A stretch of 64,000 nt of DNA from Haplodiscus bocki (GCA_965655095.1 OZ296652.1:19344001-19408000), one strand, 5' to 3'; shown: positions 37,915-53,282, counted from the first letter of the stretch. Program-made: numbers and translations. Notes: generated by a model from the sequence alone, not told the origin.

Positions 37915-38115
37915 AAGTGCTGCTGGTAGGACGAAGGCTGGTTGGTGCTGCTGGTTGCTGCTGTTGATAGCTGTTGCTGGTTGCTGCTGCTGGTTGCTGC
38001 TGGTGGTCGCTGCTGCTGGTTGCTGGTGCTGGTTGCTGGTGCTGGTTGCTGGTGCTGGTTGCTGGTGCTGGTTACTGGTGCTGGTTGCTGCTGCTGGTTG
38101 ATTGCTGGAAGTAGC
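37915..38115. repeat. Low-complexity (GCT/GGT)n degenerate minisatellite
   Basis: Reiterated gctggttgctggt / gctgctg units. Confidence 0.9.
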
Positions 38116-41100
38116 TGGGATGCTCTGCAGGCGAATATGTCTTTGATTATTTTCTCCGGGATGGTGAGGAAATTTGAAAAAGACAAGTTTTAAAATTGTC
38201 TTACAAAATGTTCAGAGCAATAATTTAACTCCAGAATTATGATGAGGGAAAAGTGGAGGAGAGTTTCGCCTCGGGGAATTAGGCCAGTTGACGATAGGAA
38301 AGCGAAATAATGGAATGAGAGAGTACGGGTATTTATACCGTGTTCTATAGCAATCGAGTAATTGACCAATAGGAGAGCGCCGCAAATAGCAATGTCAGTC
38401 AAGATTTTCTAGTCGGTTGGTATGGTTTGAATTTTGGATAAGGGACGGTTTCTGCATATTTGATCCGTATCTTGGAATTTAGAATGACTTCTAAATCCCA
38501 CGGACGCAGACGAGGTGAGATTTGATCTATGAGTAACGTCAACTCTCTTGCCTAGGAACCTCGTAGGGGTTGTGCAGTTTAAAATTCGCTCGTGCTTCAG
38601 AACCGGAGCTCGTCAGCGGAATCCTCACACGCTAAAGCCGAAGCTAGCGTTGGTGGACGTTCTTTATACTCCGATGGCAAGAGTATGGAATTTGTAGGCA
38701 GAAAGAGGAATTTTTTCTTAGTCCGAAAGAAAACAGGACTTGAAATATTTTTGTCCAAAGAGAAGAAAGAAGAGAAAATCGGATTTATTTTATCCCAGTA
38801 AAAGGGAACAGGAGAGTAATAAAAAGTGAAGCAAGAAGAGAGTCAGGTAAGAGAGTAAGGTAAGGTAAGAGAAGTAAGCCGTCCGGTGAGCAAGTAAGTA
38901 AGTAATGATGAAGCTGCTTTCCCGAGCCAGCTACAAAAAGAAGTTATACCACGTGACCAGTCGTTGAGCCAATCGCAATGAACCGCGTTTCAACGCTTTT
39001 AGAATTTTTGATTTTCTTCCTTTTCTTGTGCAATTCCATTCCTTCAGCCTTCTTTTATACCGTATTATTATTCACCAGCTCAGGTCCCAGGTTAGTCAAA
39101 AACACACGCAGTTTTCTTGTTAAATATTAGTCATTTCTTGTTTAATAGCTTACTGCACAAATCTGAGAAATACAACACATTTGTTTAAGAGTTAGCGATA
39201 ACGCGACAGGACAGAACCCGACATAAAACAAATTTACATTTTGATGAAACTGTATAAGCAATCAATCGCAGACAAAAAACAAGTATAATCCCAGACGATG
39301 CTTCGTCTTGGTCAAACTATCCGAATGAGAAAAAGTAGAGGTCACTGCGAAAAAATAATTGAATTGGAGAGAGACTACGTTCCTGTCAAATTTGGCTACA
39401 ACGTTTTTTAAAAGTTTTCTGCATCAACAATTTTTTTTCGAAATTTTGACCACAACCACCAACAAGACACTATGAAACAAACACTGGAAGAGTCAGTATT
39501 GGACATAACGAAAACAATTGGACAAATACAACAAAAAGCATAAGACAAAATTATCAAAAAGAATATCAATGGGGACGCAATATTCTCGACATCACAACAA
39601 AAGCAATGAAGAACCGGTACAGAAAATAACTTACATTGGAAGTTATGGTACTCCCCCGAATGAACAACAGAGTGAAACTGCCTACTTTGCCAGAGAGTTT
39701 ACTGGCAATCGCTTCACAAATATCCGGTAAGAGAAGTTGAATACATTAACTGCATCAGGAAGGTTCACATTGAGAGGCGTAAAAGTCTGAACTGGTAAAA
39801 CTACAACAATTCAGCGAAAATGGTCAATCAAAAAATTGATGAAATTGATTCAACATTTAGCCTCAAGAGGTTTAAAAAACTTCTATAATAGGAATCATTG
39901 CCCATGCCGAACATAGAAAAAGTCATTAAACCAAAAATTATGGTTAATTACAAACGTACAAAAACAACAACTTCAAATATCAAAAACCCGTACGCTTATA
40001 GTAAACTGAAATTATTTGAAAAAGCCAACCAACAGTCCGATTTTGATTTTACGCCTCGGCAAGAAGCTACAGGTGTTGTCGAGAACTTAACGACCTATTA
40101 AATACCCAACAAATTTCAAGAAAAGATAGATCAACCAATAACCTATCAAACAGCGGTTTGGTTGAATGACAGAAGAATAGTTTGAATTTCGAAGGCACCC
40201 ATGTTTTTTACAGAAGTGTTAAAAGTTCTGCAACTGAAAGCTTTGCAAGACTTTCACCAAAGCGATCGTGAACTACAGACCCGCTGCAAAAAAAACTGAG
40301 GAGGAAATTGGAATGGAAGGGGAGTGAGAATGAATAAGAAAATTTTCAGAAAGAAAGGAATGGTAACCGAATGAAATTGCCTATCACATTTTGCAAGTGG
40401 GCGAGAAGAAATTCTAACTACAGATGTATTCCGAGCCGGTACAACATTAAAGAAGGATCTAAGTGATAACACAGTGCAACAAATCGAAGTTGAAATAGGA
40501 TTTTCGGGGCAGAAAAAATTGTGTGGTGAGCAATTCTGAAATTCTGGCAGTTGCTCCAGGAATTGGAAAATTCTGTTCTATTCAGTATTGGAAGACAGTA
40601 TATTTCGATACCAATCGCCAAATACTGGATCAATGTAGCAAGCATCACCGAGCATATCGACAGAGCAAGGCTCAATTATCAAGATACCAATAAAGATTAG
40701 CGGACTTTGGTGTTTCAATACAACATCTAGCTGGAAGTGTTCTATAGTTTACACACGACTCACGCAGACACCCATTGGAGGTAGCCTCAATTCTACTGAT
40801 ATACTCAGAAGATTTCGTCAGAAACAAATCTTCTAACGTCTTCAAAATGGCTCGAAGATACGGACAATTTCTAGGCGACGGGATCAGAAAACAAGGCTTT
40901 TACTTCAAAACGGAATGGAACGAATAAGCACACGACCGACCAAAAGTTTCTAGCAAGATGAAATAAACAATTCGTGAGAACGCCAATTCGTGAGAACAAT
41001 GAATTACGTGAGAACGCCAATTTAAGTTACAAAATTTTCGATTCCTATTCGAACTACAAATTGATTATACTTCACCGTTCAGGAATTTGAAGCAATAGTC

Positions 41101-44100
41101 AGGCGCGAGAATCCTATTGAAACGCAAAAATGCATTTGATTGATTTCATCAGGGGAACGAAAATCCGGAAATTCCTAATAAAAACTTGGAAAAAAAGACA
41201 ACAAGTTGCAAAGATAAGATTTGTTCGGTCCGAAATCGACAGTAAATTTTGGAAAAAGAAAGAACTGGGTTCCACCGGAGGTCCAAAAATTGGGTCTAGA
41301 GGAGGTAGCGGAAATCAATTTGGAATTTTTGCTCAGAAATGGAAAATCAAACTGGTAGGGTGGTGGTTACTTCCAGTTCCGCACTGGAAAAAAGGACCGC
41401 AAGAAAAAACAAGTCAGTCAAACCGGTTTTATTTGGGACATCTGAGAAATCGAAAACGATGGATCAACCGACACCTTCTCAATTTCCGCTCTTAGTTATA
41501 CGATACATCCACCAAAACATTTCACTAAAGCCAGCTAAAGCGTTTCATCGAAGCGCTGAGGTTGTAGAAGCTGTTCAGAACTTTTGTAGCAGAACATCAT
41601 GAATGACATGAAAACCTTAGGTAACAAAACATATAGTGATTTGAAACTCCCGTTACTAAATTTTTGTCTGAAAAACAATTGATAAAAGCAGGCCCAGTAA
41701 GAAAACATTACGTTTTATTATTAGTTATCGGAAAGAACCACATCGTTCCTACTTGCAAAGAGATGGGCAGTGCTCGATGGAATGTGGGGAACTGTAGTGG
41801 ATGAACTACACTTGGTAACCGTGGAACTGAAACGATGTTTGGTGAAAACCAAAGGTTTCGTTGGTAAAGCTGGTGAAAAGACAGCGATGACAAACGTAAT
41901 TCTTGTAAAAAATAGTATCGATTCCCTCAAGAATTAAATATCAAAAACTTCGACCAGGAAAAACTTATATCATTGTTATCGCAACACGGACTAGAATCTA
42001 AGACTGATGTTTCCAAAAGACAAGTAAAATGTTCTTTTGAACCGTACTTTTTGTAGCAATTGATAAGGAAAAAACAAGTTGCAGTCAATGATTCGACTGT
42101 TACAGAAAAGTTCAGGTAAAAACTAGGATGGCACAGAAAAGAGTGCAGGGTAGAGAGCCGAGCAGGCACTTATTCATAAGAACACCAGATATTAGGGAAA
42201 AACAGAATTTTTCAAAAGGAATATAACCCTCCTAGGTTGCTGACTGGAACACGAACCTTTGAAATCCCAATAAAAATATTACAAAATCAGATAACGACGG
42301 ATCTTGAAGACAAAGTCTATTTCGCTGTTTGCGTTAACTGTGCTTTGACTTTCATGCACTTCACGATGCATGCTTTGTCAAACTTGGACCGTGTGAAGCA
42401 CATCACAGGCAACAAATACCATTTGAGTTAATCAAAATGAATAAAGACAGGAAAAACAGTGAACTTTTCCGGAAAAGTTTTAAATATTCGGCAGCACCAA
42501 AACTGACCCCAGTTCTTGTGAGCCCAATTACTCAGCAAAAACTTCTGATCAAATAGTCATGGCTCGGGAAATTACGGTTGCGTGTTGTGTTGTTCAGAAA
42601 TAGCGTGTAAAACCAGTCAGCGAAACTTTTGTGTATCCTGACCATTTTTTTCGATACAAATTTCAAACAAAGTCAATCGAAACCAAAGAAAAACCGGAAA
42701 TAGTAAAAACAGACACCTAACAGTTGGTGCTGATTGCTGAATAAAGGTTTCTATCGGTTATTGGTATAAAAACAAAACAATTGTCAAACATGAACGGAAT
42801 AAGAAATTACACTGATCAATTATTTTAATGGGGCATGTGGAATTTATTTTGGTGGTCAGAGAATGAAAGGCAAAAGATGGACGCAAGTATTGCTGACATT
42901 GGAAACGGGAATGCGAAGAAATCGGAAGCGTACCACGAGGACATACTTGTTGATTGGTATCAGAACTGAAACTGGTTGCCACTTCATGTGGATCTGGATC
43001 AAGATTTCGGGAAGCCTGAAACTAAGGCAATGTTACGGATACTGACTGAGCCCGAGGAAGAACAAAAAAGGTGAGAAAGAGAATGACTCATCGAACTTAA
43101 GACTCAAACATAGAGCTCGAAACGAAAATCGTATCTACAACCCTTTCGAGAAGTATACCATAATTTTGAAGAGTGAATCAAGGATCTACACTATTGTTCA
43201 CATTACAGAGCCAACGCGTAAACAACCACACCGACAGAATTTGCGGAAACTGATAAACTAAATTTACAACTTGTAAAACCCAGATGATTGTGATTAAAAG
43301 TGAATTTCTAGGAGGAAAACTTATACAAACTATAGTGTGCTATTGCTGAGATGTAGAAAACTGAGCCAATAAAGAGACCTTTTTCCACATTGAAAACCTT
43401 CAATTTGTTTTTCGCCTGAAAAGTGACAATTGAATTTTGATCCAGAGGTACAAAAAATTGAAACACTTCACCGAAACTCTTAAGACAAATATTTTTTTCG
43501 TAACTTTAGATTATAACAAAACCCTTTTTTGCAAATCAACAAAAGGAACAGTGGCCCAGAACACTTTTTCCAACTCACTTTGGTGGTATGATAGTTGCTA
43601 TGAAACATAATATTCGTCTCTTTACAACACAACTAGTTTTTGAGGACTGCCATGTCATTCTACTGAAACTCCTAAACCGTTACCTCCACAATGCATTAAC
43701 AATGCTACTATTCCTTGTTCAGATTGCTGTACCCCCTGTCATTTCAGAAACATAGCCCAAAACCTGAAAATTACTTGGCAAGCAACAGATTGGCGCAAGT
43801 TGTCATTAAGGGAGACATCATATTCAAAGCATCAAAATGAGGAATGATGCGAATAGCAGAATTCAACGAGTATTCATCCCTTGCCTCGATAAATCACCTA
43901 AAATAGGAGAAGTAAAACGCCGAAGCTCAAAAGTTGTGAAGTTGTTTCGTTGTGTCTTACTCAAGAGAGCGAGTCTGTTTTAGACATCAATCTCAGTTTG
44001 GAAACGAACACTCTATAGAGAGAGCAACAGACTATTGCTTCGTCACAAGGTTTTCAAAACAGAATTGATGTTTGGAATCCCGAAAAACCACTGTAACGAT

Positions 44101-47100
44101 GAAAAATTTAGTGATTTTTTTTTAGTTTTACCAATCAATTAGCTGAATTTGGAGAGTAGCAAATGAAATTGATTAAAATGCTTTTCGTCCGTGCTTTCAT
44201 GCCAATGCGATTGAATTTTTTCAAACGCAGTCTGGTTGTTTCCGCACGACGCTAAAAGGTTATCTCTTAAAAGCTGTTGTATGAGCCTTCAACCCCTAAT
44301 TACTTCTTGCACGCCAAATCTGCTGAAGTGCTCTGGAGGTGCTAGGAAAAATCCGAAACTTGTCCAACAGATAGAATTAAACGACTGTTTTATGCTCTTG
44401 CAAATCTCGTCGAACTTTTTTTTTCAAAGAAGCTGGAACTAACCTCGAAGTTGAAACGTTTCAAGGTTCAGTGTGCAAAAAATCGGACTATCCCTTTGAA
44501 TGCAACAAGAAAACAGAATTTTCTCCAAAGGGATTGAATGAGGAAAACGCGAACTGTTCATTGATATATTCTAGAGTGTTTTCATTGGAAGTACTTTGAA
44601 TGTTAAGCATTTTCCCGATGAGATCCACCACCAAACAAACAAGCTCAACAGCTTCGGTTTCACAAGCCAACATACCCAACACATCAAAGAAATCCTGGAT
44701 TGGAGTAAAAATACTGGGCCAAACAAACTGCCACACAACATGCTGAAAAAAAATGCAAGACAATTCAAGTCATCTTCAAGATCCTTTTTCAAGACCATCG
44801 AACGCTTCAAAAAAGGGCCGAAGATTTGATAAGTGACGTTTCACAGATGTGAGTCTTTAGAGACTGATGCTTTTTGGACAAAACTTGGTTCAACTTACGA
44901 CAACCGAGGATACAGTAAAGAAGCATCACAAAATTGTGATTACAAACTAAGTAAGTCGTACCAGCCGATTAATGCATAAAAATGCTCCAGATGTCATAGT
45001 TAAATCCTCAAAAAGTGTCCTGGTGGCATGTTCTTTTATTCAACCCTGAATTGTGATTTTGGATTGAAATCCTTTGACGGTTATTGACAGGTCCCGGAAA
45101 TGGTGACGGTAAACCCATATTTCTTGCAAAAAATCAAAACACACAAACCTTTGCAACAAAGCAATTCCTGAAACATCGGACATGGAGCCAATATTTTTGT
45201 GATAGCCTTGTCCTAAAGTGCTCACAACCTCGAAATTGAGTAAAGGTTGAGTAAACGTTTTTTACTATTTAGAGCTGTCGAAAGTAAATGTTTTTTGTCA
45301 AAAGTCTTTTTAGTCCAACTCAATCAGAGCTTGCATGAAATTGACCAAAAATGTCACGTTCTGTCAGTGGCTACGGTAGCGGTAGAAAACCGCATCATTT
45401 TTTGGAAAACTTGAACTTTTCAACTGGTTCATACAGCTTTTTAATTACCTAAGAGACCAGTTTGAATTTTACCCGTTTTTGCTTCTTTTACTTCCAGCGC
45501 ATTTTTGGTCAATCTAAACTTATATTCGTGAAGGAACATCAACACTCCATTCAATTAATCCAATTCCAAGTCCCACACCAATTCTGAAACTAATCTCTAC
45601 GAATAGTGTGCAACCAACTGTTAAGGGATAAGGTTTTGGGCTGTTTTGTTCCGGCCCTTTTTTTATGCTACCGACTCGGGTATTGCGGCTCAGTTGTTCC
45701 AAGTCAGTTTGAACTCAGTGCCAAGCGGTTCAAGCGTCTTCAAGTGGAAACGTGGTTAATTTACGTCCACAATTCAGGACGCCTAATTAATTGTAGCGAT
45801 CATCCACAGAGATTTTGAAAAACGTGCCAGTCAATCCATTAGTTTCCAAAGTTGCAATATTTGGACCAGTCGGTAACGTGATAAGGTTTATGTATCAATT
45901 TTTGACACACAGAAAACAAATAGATAGAGGTTGGAGCGATGGGAAACTTCCACCAGGGGACTATCTCAGGTCTCCCCATTGGGGAAAACTTCTCTCCCTC
46001 GCGTCCACAAACGATCTTCCAACCGACATGCAGTTGGAAAGTTTCGGTTACAGACAATCAAAGGTTCCTTTCCACAGCGCTGGATGACAGCCGAAAGTAC
46101 GCCGAGCTTGTTAGTTGTTATGGCTCTGTCAACACTGGTGCTAAGTCTGGTGAACTTTAACAATTTAGAGTTGAGATCTTTCGACGCTGAACATTTCTTT
46201 TTACATAATGAGGACCCACTCATATTACCACAGTACCATAGTATGGAATGGAACTCGGGATAGCTATCTCGGGAAGTTCTTGAAGAAAACCTCAGATTGC
46301 CGAAGAAAACGAAAACCGTCTGTGTGAAACTTCACTATCTCAGTGGCTCTTGTTCAATGCTAGATCTATCAAGAATCATGTTTCTGACATCTGCTCTACA
46401 AATCATCTTCCATTCCTATATTCAGTGCACTAACATTGCGTTGGATCAAGGTCTTGGATGATTTTTTCTTTCGACAAAGCTTTACGGAAACTTATAGTTT
46501 CTATACTGTGGAACATACCCCTCCGGTGTACATCACTCTTTTTAGGATTAATGTTTCATGTCAAAAAGTTATATTTATTCTCTAGGTTTGACGATGAAAA
46601 ACTTCAGACTGAAAAAAGCAATAGACTTTTAGTGGACATCGTTATCTTTTGTCGGCCACCTAAATCTGTTTTTGATAATTTTTTTTGAATTTTCAATTGT
46701 CTGTTTCTATCTCTGGGGTATGTTATATTTCATGGAGATTTCAATCAACACGCCAGTAGTCATTCGAAGTAAATTTCTGAGTTTGGTGATATTCCTAAAG
46801 ACAATGGGTAAACTCTGTTTGCAGTTTTTCCTACCCTATCACGTGACAGTCGGTTTGACCGTTTTATTTTGAATTGAAACTTTGGACAGAAATGTTTTAG
46901 TGGAATTCAAATTTCTAGTTCGGTTCTTTTAAGGGTTACTAATCCGTGTATTTCTGTCTCATTTTCCCGAGTTTTGTTCACGAGGAGATTGAAAATAGTG
47001 GAGTGGGATTTTTAAGCCTGTGAATTGGAAAGTGCCTTTATTGGACTGCTGAATGATGCTGATACAAACACATATAGCGTAACGGAAATTGTCCTTTAAC

Positions 47101-50100
47101 CTAATGAATTTTGAAGGTTTTAACTAGTCTCCTTTACCAAAAATATTTTTTTGGCAACTTGCGTCCCTGCTTTCAAATGTGCTTGGTCACTGCAACGAGA
47201 AACAGGTAGAAAATGGATCGATAAAGCAGAAGCCAACAAATTAAGGCCAGTTCTTATTTATACATGCAAGATAAAAAAAATCTACTTTATTCAGTCAAAA
47301 TCGAAAATAATAAATAATAACAAACTTTAGATCTGTTAGTTCAATGCAGCATAAAATTTCTGCAATAGACAATTTTCTCTGTCGGTTGAAGGTGACTCTT
47401 CTCTCCCAATTCACCTCACATAAATTTGGGGCTGAAATCTTTCTTGCTGTTTTGTTGTTAGTCAAGTGCATGATATTTTCATCAACTTTCACCAATCAAG
47501 TGCTAATATTTTGAGGTTTGTTCCAACCATACCACAAAACCCCATTGAAAGTAAAGTTGTGGGTGATGCTGATATCATTTGGTCCAAGAACCACTTCTCA
47601 TCTGCCAAGCAAAACGGACAACTTGTTTCCACTGAAAAACTCAGGGCAGTCCCGTTAACACTTTTTGCCCTGGGGAATAATAAAATACCATGACTTACAA
47701 ATGAAGTGTAAGTCCCTCTACTCTCGAAACTCGTCACTTTAACCACTAATTCTAAAAGTGGTTATCATGATGACCTTTCGATCAGCCGTTCAATTACAAA
47801 GGTACAATTTTCTTTCAAAAGTGGAAGAAAACTTGGTTGGTTCTCAAATCTCTGATTTTCAAAGTTGCTACAAAAAAACTGACCCCTTGCAATCGTCCCA
47901 CAAAACCTGTCAATTTATTGAAACTGCTTTATATCACCTTTATTCTTTTGCACAGTGGAATTTAAATAACTGTGAGTGTTCCGCGGTAAGGAGCGTAGAC
48001 TTTCTTGCTGTCATTCACACGGTTGATATTGATTATTTGGTGAAAGTTTTGAAAAAAAAACCAGTGACCATGGGAACATCGTAGCTTTGATGAATGTAAT
48101 GAGACATTATTGTACGGATCGAACTCTGACAGTAGTGATTCATGGATATGTTCAAACCCGAAAAAATGTGCTAAGAGGAGTTCCAATGGGCCCTATGTGG
48201 GGCCTCTTTTCTTATTTCTTTTTTTTTCGATACCAATATATGAAGTATTAAATGCCCCTGAAGTAAGTTATCTATTCTTTTCTGATGACAAATTTTTTAA
48301 TTTTTGTTGACTAAAGTTCGCCTGCTGACTGAATAACTTTTTTAATTGGGTCATCAACTAGGTTTAAAAGTTGTTATCTACCCTTAAAAAGAAATTCATA
48401 AGTGCAAAAAAGCGAAGGACACTTGTATTCATTGTTAGATTGTGGGAGATAGTAAATATTATGCTCTATGACCAATACTAACCGATAATGAATTTCACAA
48501 ATCTCTAAGGAGGGTCATTGATTGCACTTTGTCGTCTTCTAAACATAATAACAGTGTAATTTCAATTTGTTGTGACAAATCACGGAACATTGGTTTGACC
48601 AGACATATACTGACCTGTGATCTGAATAAAAATTCAGACAACAAGTTCGACATTTTTCCTCGACTATGGAATTCTTTGTAACACGGGATTCTACGATACT
48701 TACTTTTGAAACTACAACGAATTCCAAATCCAGCATCTCTTTTCATTTCTATGTTTACTTAAAACACTGATGTTCCACCAGTATTACAGAATATACATTG
48801 ACATAGAGTTGATGATGGGGATAATTACAAATTCTGTGCCTTCATGGTTTCAAATTTTCACAATCTACGACATGCTGTTTGACTAAATAAACTTCTCAAC
48901 AATAAGCGTGCCTCCAATCAGCACTGTTGGCGTGTTAACCCATTGCTTCTTGAAGTAACTCAGTCTAAAACATCTTTGGACACAAGGCTCATGGTTTTTC
49001 AAACATTTGGTGCAATTCTTTGGAAGGCTTTTCCAGATTCTCCAAAACATGATCCTCTGAATGGTTCAAAAGTAATTTGAAAACGCATCCTTATTGATTG
49101 ACGGCTTCTTTGTGTTTCCTAAAAGGAAGTGGTATAAGACCAATCAGTCAATCGATCAATCATTTTTTGAAAGCAAAATTCAGAGGTAGATATTTCGAAA
49201 TCGCTTGAACTTCGAGATCAGAGGAGGATGATTGAAACGTGAGTCTCCAACTTTAAAGCTTAGCTCACACTGTGTGTTATTCTTTTACCCAGCTCGTTGG
49301 CTTGGCCGGCAATTTTGGAATCCAAACAAGACAGCGAACATTGATCGGAGAATTTCAGAAAAGGCTTGCAGTGGAATCTTGAAGCGACTTTGGAATACGC
49401 ACACCAATTGATGAAGGTCCGGTTTTTGCCACTCTTCCTATACCATGAAGTTGATATCCTAGTCTCACTGTACAAGATTGTAGAACACAAAAATGACCTA
49501 CAACGAGGAAGTAGTTCAGGTCATTCTCTCTGTCACGGAGAGTCGGCTGTCAGCAAAAACTATATGGGTACCAAACATAAATAGCAGAGTTGACCAAGGA
49601 GAAAATTCTGTTTTTCATTGCTCAACTGAAGTACAAATTTGGAAACAATTTTGGTCCTACTTACTAAAAAAGACCTTTCTGGAACTCGGACGATCTTCTT
49701 GACTGAATCTGACATCAATAACAAATTTACGGAAGACGATTTTTGCACTTAGCGACTCAATTGTGGCTACTGCAGCTTTGAAAAAACCAAGAATCTCCGG
49801 AATCAACTGTACACTTAACTGAACCGGGAACCTCTGAGCCTTTAGATTCAGTTTTTTTCCTTGTTTTTCTAATGAAATATCAAACAACCGTGGCAGTACT
49901 AGCTGTTTGAATTAGATCGTTACATGTGAGAGGATAGTTCGCATCGTCTTATATCTTCCACGTGTCAATAAATTACAGACTTCAAGTGTCGAACATTTTG
50001 AAGCGTATAATGATTTCCCGGTCAGTATCCAATGCTTTGAATTGTCAGGCTACCCTAATTCGAAGCTATGGAAAACGAAATTCTTTTCGACGGCGTGACA

Positions 50101-51359
50101 CGTCAGTCTGAAAAACATAAATTTGGCTCTCTCTCCGAACTCAGAAACTCCAGAAGAAACAAAGTTGGTACAGATACAACCTCTGTCACACCAGATACAG
50201 CGCCCAAAATTCATTCATTTATGGAGGAAATTTGGATACAAATTTTGTTCTCTAAATTTAAACCTTATCTTAATACATTGGGTTTTGGTGTAACTTCCAC
50301 AAAAAATTGTCCCCGCAAAACATCAACGATTGAAGTGTATCATAGTTCTGACTCTAAGACAACTAGACACAATGGTATACACAATTATTACCCATTGGGA
50401 CCCCTTCCATCGAGTGATGACCAAATATGACCAATTTACCAACAAGAAAAATTACCTATTTTCCGTGCACACTTCCTTTCCGGACATCAAAGTTGAAACG
50501 CTGGTTAAGTTGACTCAGGCTTCCCTATCAAAATGGTCTTTTTTTGAGTCATTTACGAGATACGAGAGCATTGCTGTGGTGGTGACATCAGCTTTATCCG
50601 ACATCGTCACGACACAATGAGCTAAGCCCCATGGTAAAATGATACTGTCTTCGGGACGACAAACAGCCGATCGGAGATGCTTCAGCCGAAATTCTCTCAC
50701 CTCAAGCAGCATCAGCAAGTCTTTCAGGCGTTCACCATGACGGCACAAATCCCTGGCAAGCTCTTTTTGCCTGCACACCAGCCATAGCATCCACTCATAG
50801 ACTAGTGTTGTCACTGATGGAGAGGCAGGCTAAAAGTCACATGACAAGGGTCCAAGTTCTCCGAACAGCAACAAACAGACAAGCCTCACAGAGTTGGCCA
50901 TCTTGGTGAGCAGCAATGCTTATGGTCAACGACGACGTCCCAGCATGCTCTGCCTCCTCAAAGTCTATCACACAGAAGTGATCAGACAGCTGACTTCTGC
51001 ACGAGCAAGTAGTACTGGTCAACTTGATTTTGCAACATTTTTTCCCTGCCCTCGAAGGTTGTTGAAAACCGTCGCCAGTTCTTTTCCCGCAGCTTAATTG
51101 CGCGCTCTCTATTGATCTGGGGTGTGGACATGTTGAAAACGTTCGAGAAACCCCCCTTTGGTACCAAGAGCATCGGTGTCAGCGAACTGGTTTCTGTGAC
51201 CAATGGCACAACATTGTCATCTAACGCGTTAGCAACCATCTAAAAGACAATGCAGGCTAAATAGACAACATATATTTTGTGGCCAGTTTGACAGGACGCC
51301 TGAAGACATATTTCGAGCTCGTAGTTTTCCAACATGTATGTCAACTTCAAAATTTTGGT

Positions 51360-51700
51360 ATGTCGGCTGAGCGTACCATATGTATCAAAAAATCAAGCTC
51401 AGATCTCTGGATGTCATCTCCGGTTGTCCCAAATTCTCAAAACGACCTTTCTATTAAACCAGACTGTAATCCATCCGAAAACTCCCACATGCCTTTTCAG
51501 GAGATTCAGCTTGCTGCTATCACACAATCAGTGTGTGCCACGCACACTAATACGTGGATCGGATTTAATAGTTGTCGTGTCTCTTCTTTGTTGTTTATTT
51601 TAGTTCGTTCTGAGTGAAAAACAGGTTTTTATTGCTACATAAGATATAGTTAAAGAATTTTCTCAATTAGTTTTGTCTCGAACATTTCGAGTGGTCCGCG
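51360..51700 (+). repeat. Possible 5' LTR and primer binding site (PBS) of the BEL gag fragment
   Basis: ...tctcgaaca end (51684) followed by tttcgagtggtcc, resembling BEL PBS context. No second copy in the window; start uncertain. Confidence 0.3.
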
Positions 51701-51904
51701 AGTAGATTTCAGCTAAGAAGTGCAATACTTCTGAGAAAGTCGTTAATTCTCAAAGAGGGCACCGGCGCGTCCGCCAACCTTGAATAAATTACTCCAAGAC
51801 AATATTCCGTCGTTATTTGAACCCGTTACTTCAACCTTACCATATTCGCGTAACGAACCGAATCATTGGCCGAAGAGGTTGCAAAGGACCTCAAAAAGTT
51901 GAAA

Positions 51905-53137
51905 ATGGCACGTGGTGCGGAAAAGCCAGATTCACACGACTAATAACGAAAGTTGACGAGTTAGCCAGGAATCAATCAAAGACGATGAGAAATTGTGCGA
52001 AGCTGAAGCCTTATCCAGCCTGAAAATAGAACTCCAGGACATTCAGGACATTCACAGATGGGACAAAGAGATCCAACTGGAGATCGAAGGTGAAGCAGAC
52101 CTGGAAGCAGACATGGAAGCATCTATTAACTTTGAGATTATTGCCAGCACAACAATTGCTCGTCATACAGCATCAGTTGACAACTACAAGAAGCAAGCTG
52201 CGGCGTTGACTGGTTCAACATTCCGGAGAAGCTCATCTCCCACGGTGGCGCCCAGCAGTATCAGACTGGCACAGCTACAAATCCAGAGCTTTACTTGATC
52301 TTACAGAGAATGGAATTCGCTCCGTGATCTTTTCAATTCTGCTGGCGATTCCAACACACAACTTAGCGATCCCGAGAAACTGAATTACCTACAGGCATGT
52401 GTCACGGTTGATGCCGCCAAGATGATCAGTTCCATCAGCATTACAGATGCCAATTACAGTATTGTAGAGAAGTTTTTGACTGATAGGTACGATAAGTGGT
52501 GCAGTATCGTGCGTGCCCATTTGAAGGCTATGTGGAACCAGCCGCCATGAAAATCGACTCTGCCAGTGGTCTATGGAAGATGCTGAAAACCACTAATGAA
52601 AATCTACAAACACTCCGTGAACTGGGACAGGATATTTCAAGTTCAGAACTTCTATTGGTGTTTTGGCTTTGCGACAGAGTAGATGCAGGATCACGCAAGC
52701 TGTAGGAGCTCGATATTCTAGGTAAAGAGCTTTGCTCTTGGAAGGAGGTATCGAAATTCTTTGGCACGACAAGCAGAGCTCTTGAAACTTGTTGAGTCAG
52801 GGTCGCGCTCCAGACCACTCAGTCATAACAACCTCACTAAAGAAGATCTTGAGTCTACACAGCTGCGACAACGTGCAGTCATTTTTGCAGTGAAGAACAC
52901 AAGCTTCATGCGTGTAGTCAGTTCAAGCAGGTGTCAATCCCTGAAAGGTGCATTTGGGTCAAGACGAATAAGGTCTGCTTCAATTGTCTCCAGTTGGACC
53001 ACAATGCAGACAAATGCCCATCAAATTTCACCTGTCGCGAATGTGAGCATTTAAATCACACGTTGCTGCACCGGCCACTTCGAAGCAGTCAGGACTGTAA
53101 AGAGAGAAACACTGGACTACATGGCAAATTACAGTAG
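51905..53137 (+). pseudogene. BEL/Pao LTR retrotransposon gag
   Basis: IRLAQLQIQSF..YREWNSLRDLF...EKLNYL (DUF1759-like) and three Zn knuckles CHFCSEEHKLHAC, CFNCLQLDHNADKC, CRECEHLNHTLLH. Confidence 0.88.
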
Positions 53138-53282
53138 CAAAATATATAATTGAAGCTTAGAGAAAACTGATAATTTTATGGGCGCTGTATTGGGCGTGCC
53201 ACTGGCTGTTTTTGTGCCAAATTTGGTCCGGTTGGGGTGCGGATTAATAGTCAAACTTTTGTTTTTCAGACATGCCGCCCGC
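53138..53282 (-). repeat. Polypurine tract and truncated 3' LTR of the minus-strand BEL element
   Basis: Minus strand reads gcgggcggca-TGTctgaaa (TGT starts at 53272), ~145 bp after the pol stop. Confidence 0.55.

Noticed and set aside
37942-38193. Cys/Trp/Leu-rich membrane protein ORF; also 57557-57874
   Set aside because: Both are translations of simple or tandem repeats.
39200-43300. Ty3/Gypsy retrotransposon body
   Set aside because: A-rich, coding-like skew suggests decayed retroelement DNA, but I could not read RT, RNase H or integrase motifs, so it is not annotated.
43300-51300. Host gene exons (e.g. 45950-46260, 47470-47750, 49260-49700, 50600-51240)
   Set aside because: Short ORFs with no recognisable domain and no convincing exon chain; needs RNA-seq or homology search. 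The same applies to 1-850, 18400-19850 and 31808-36600.
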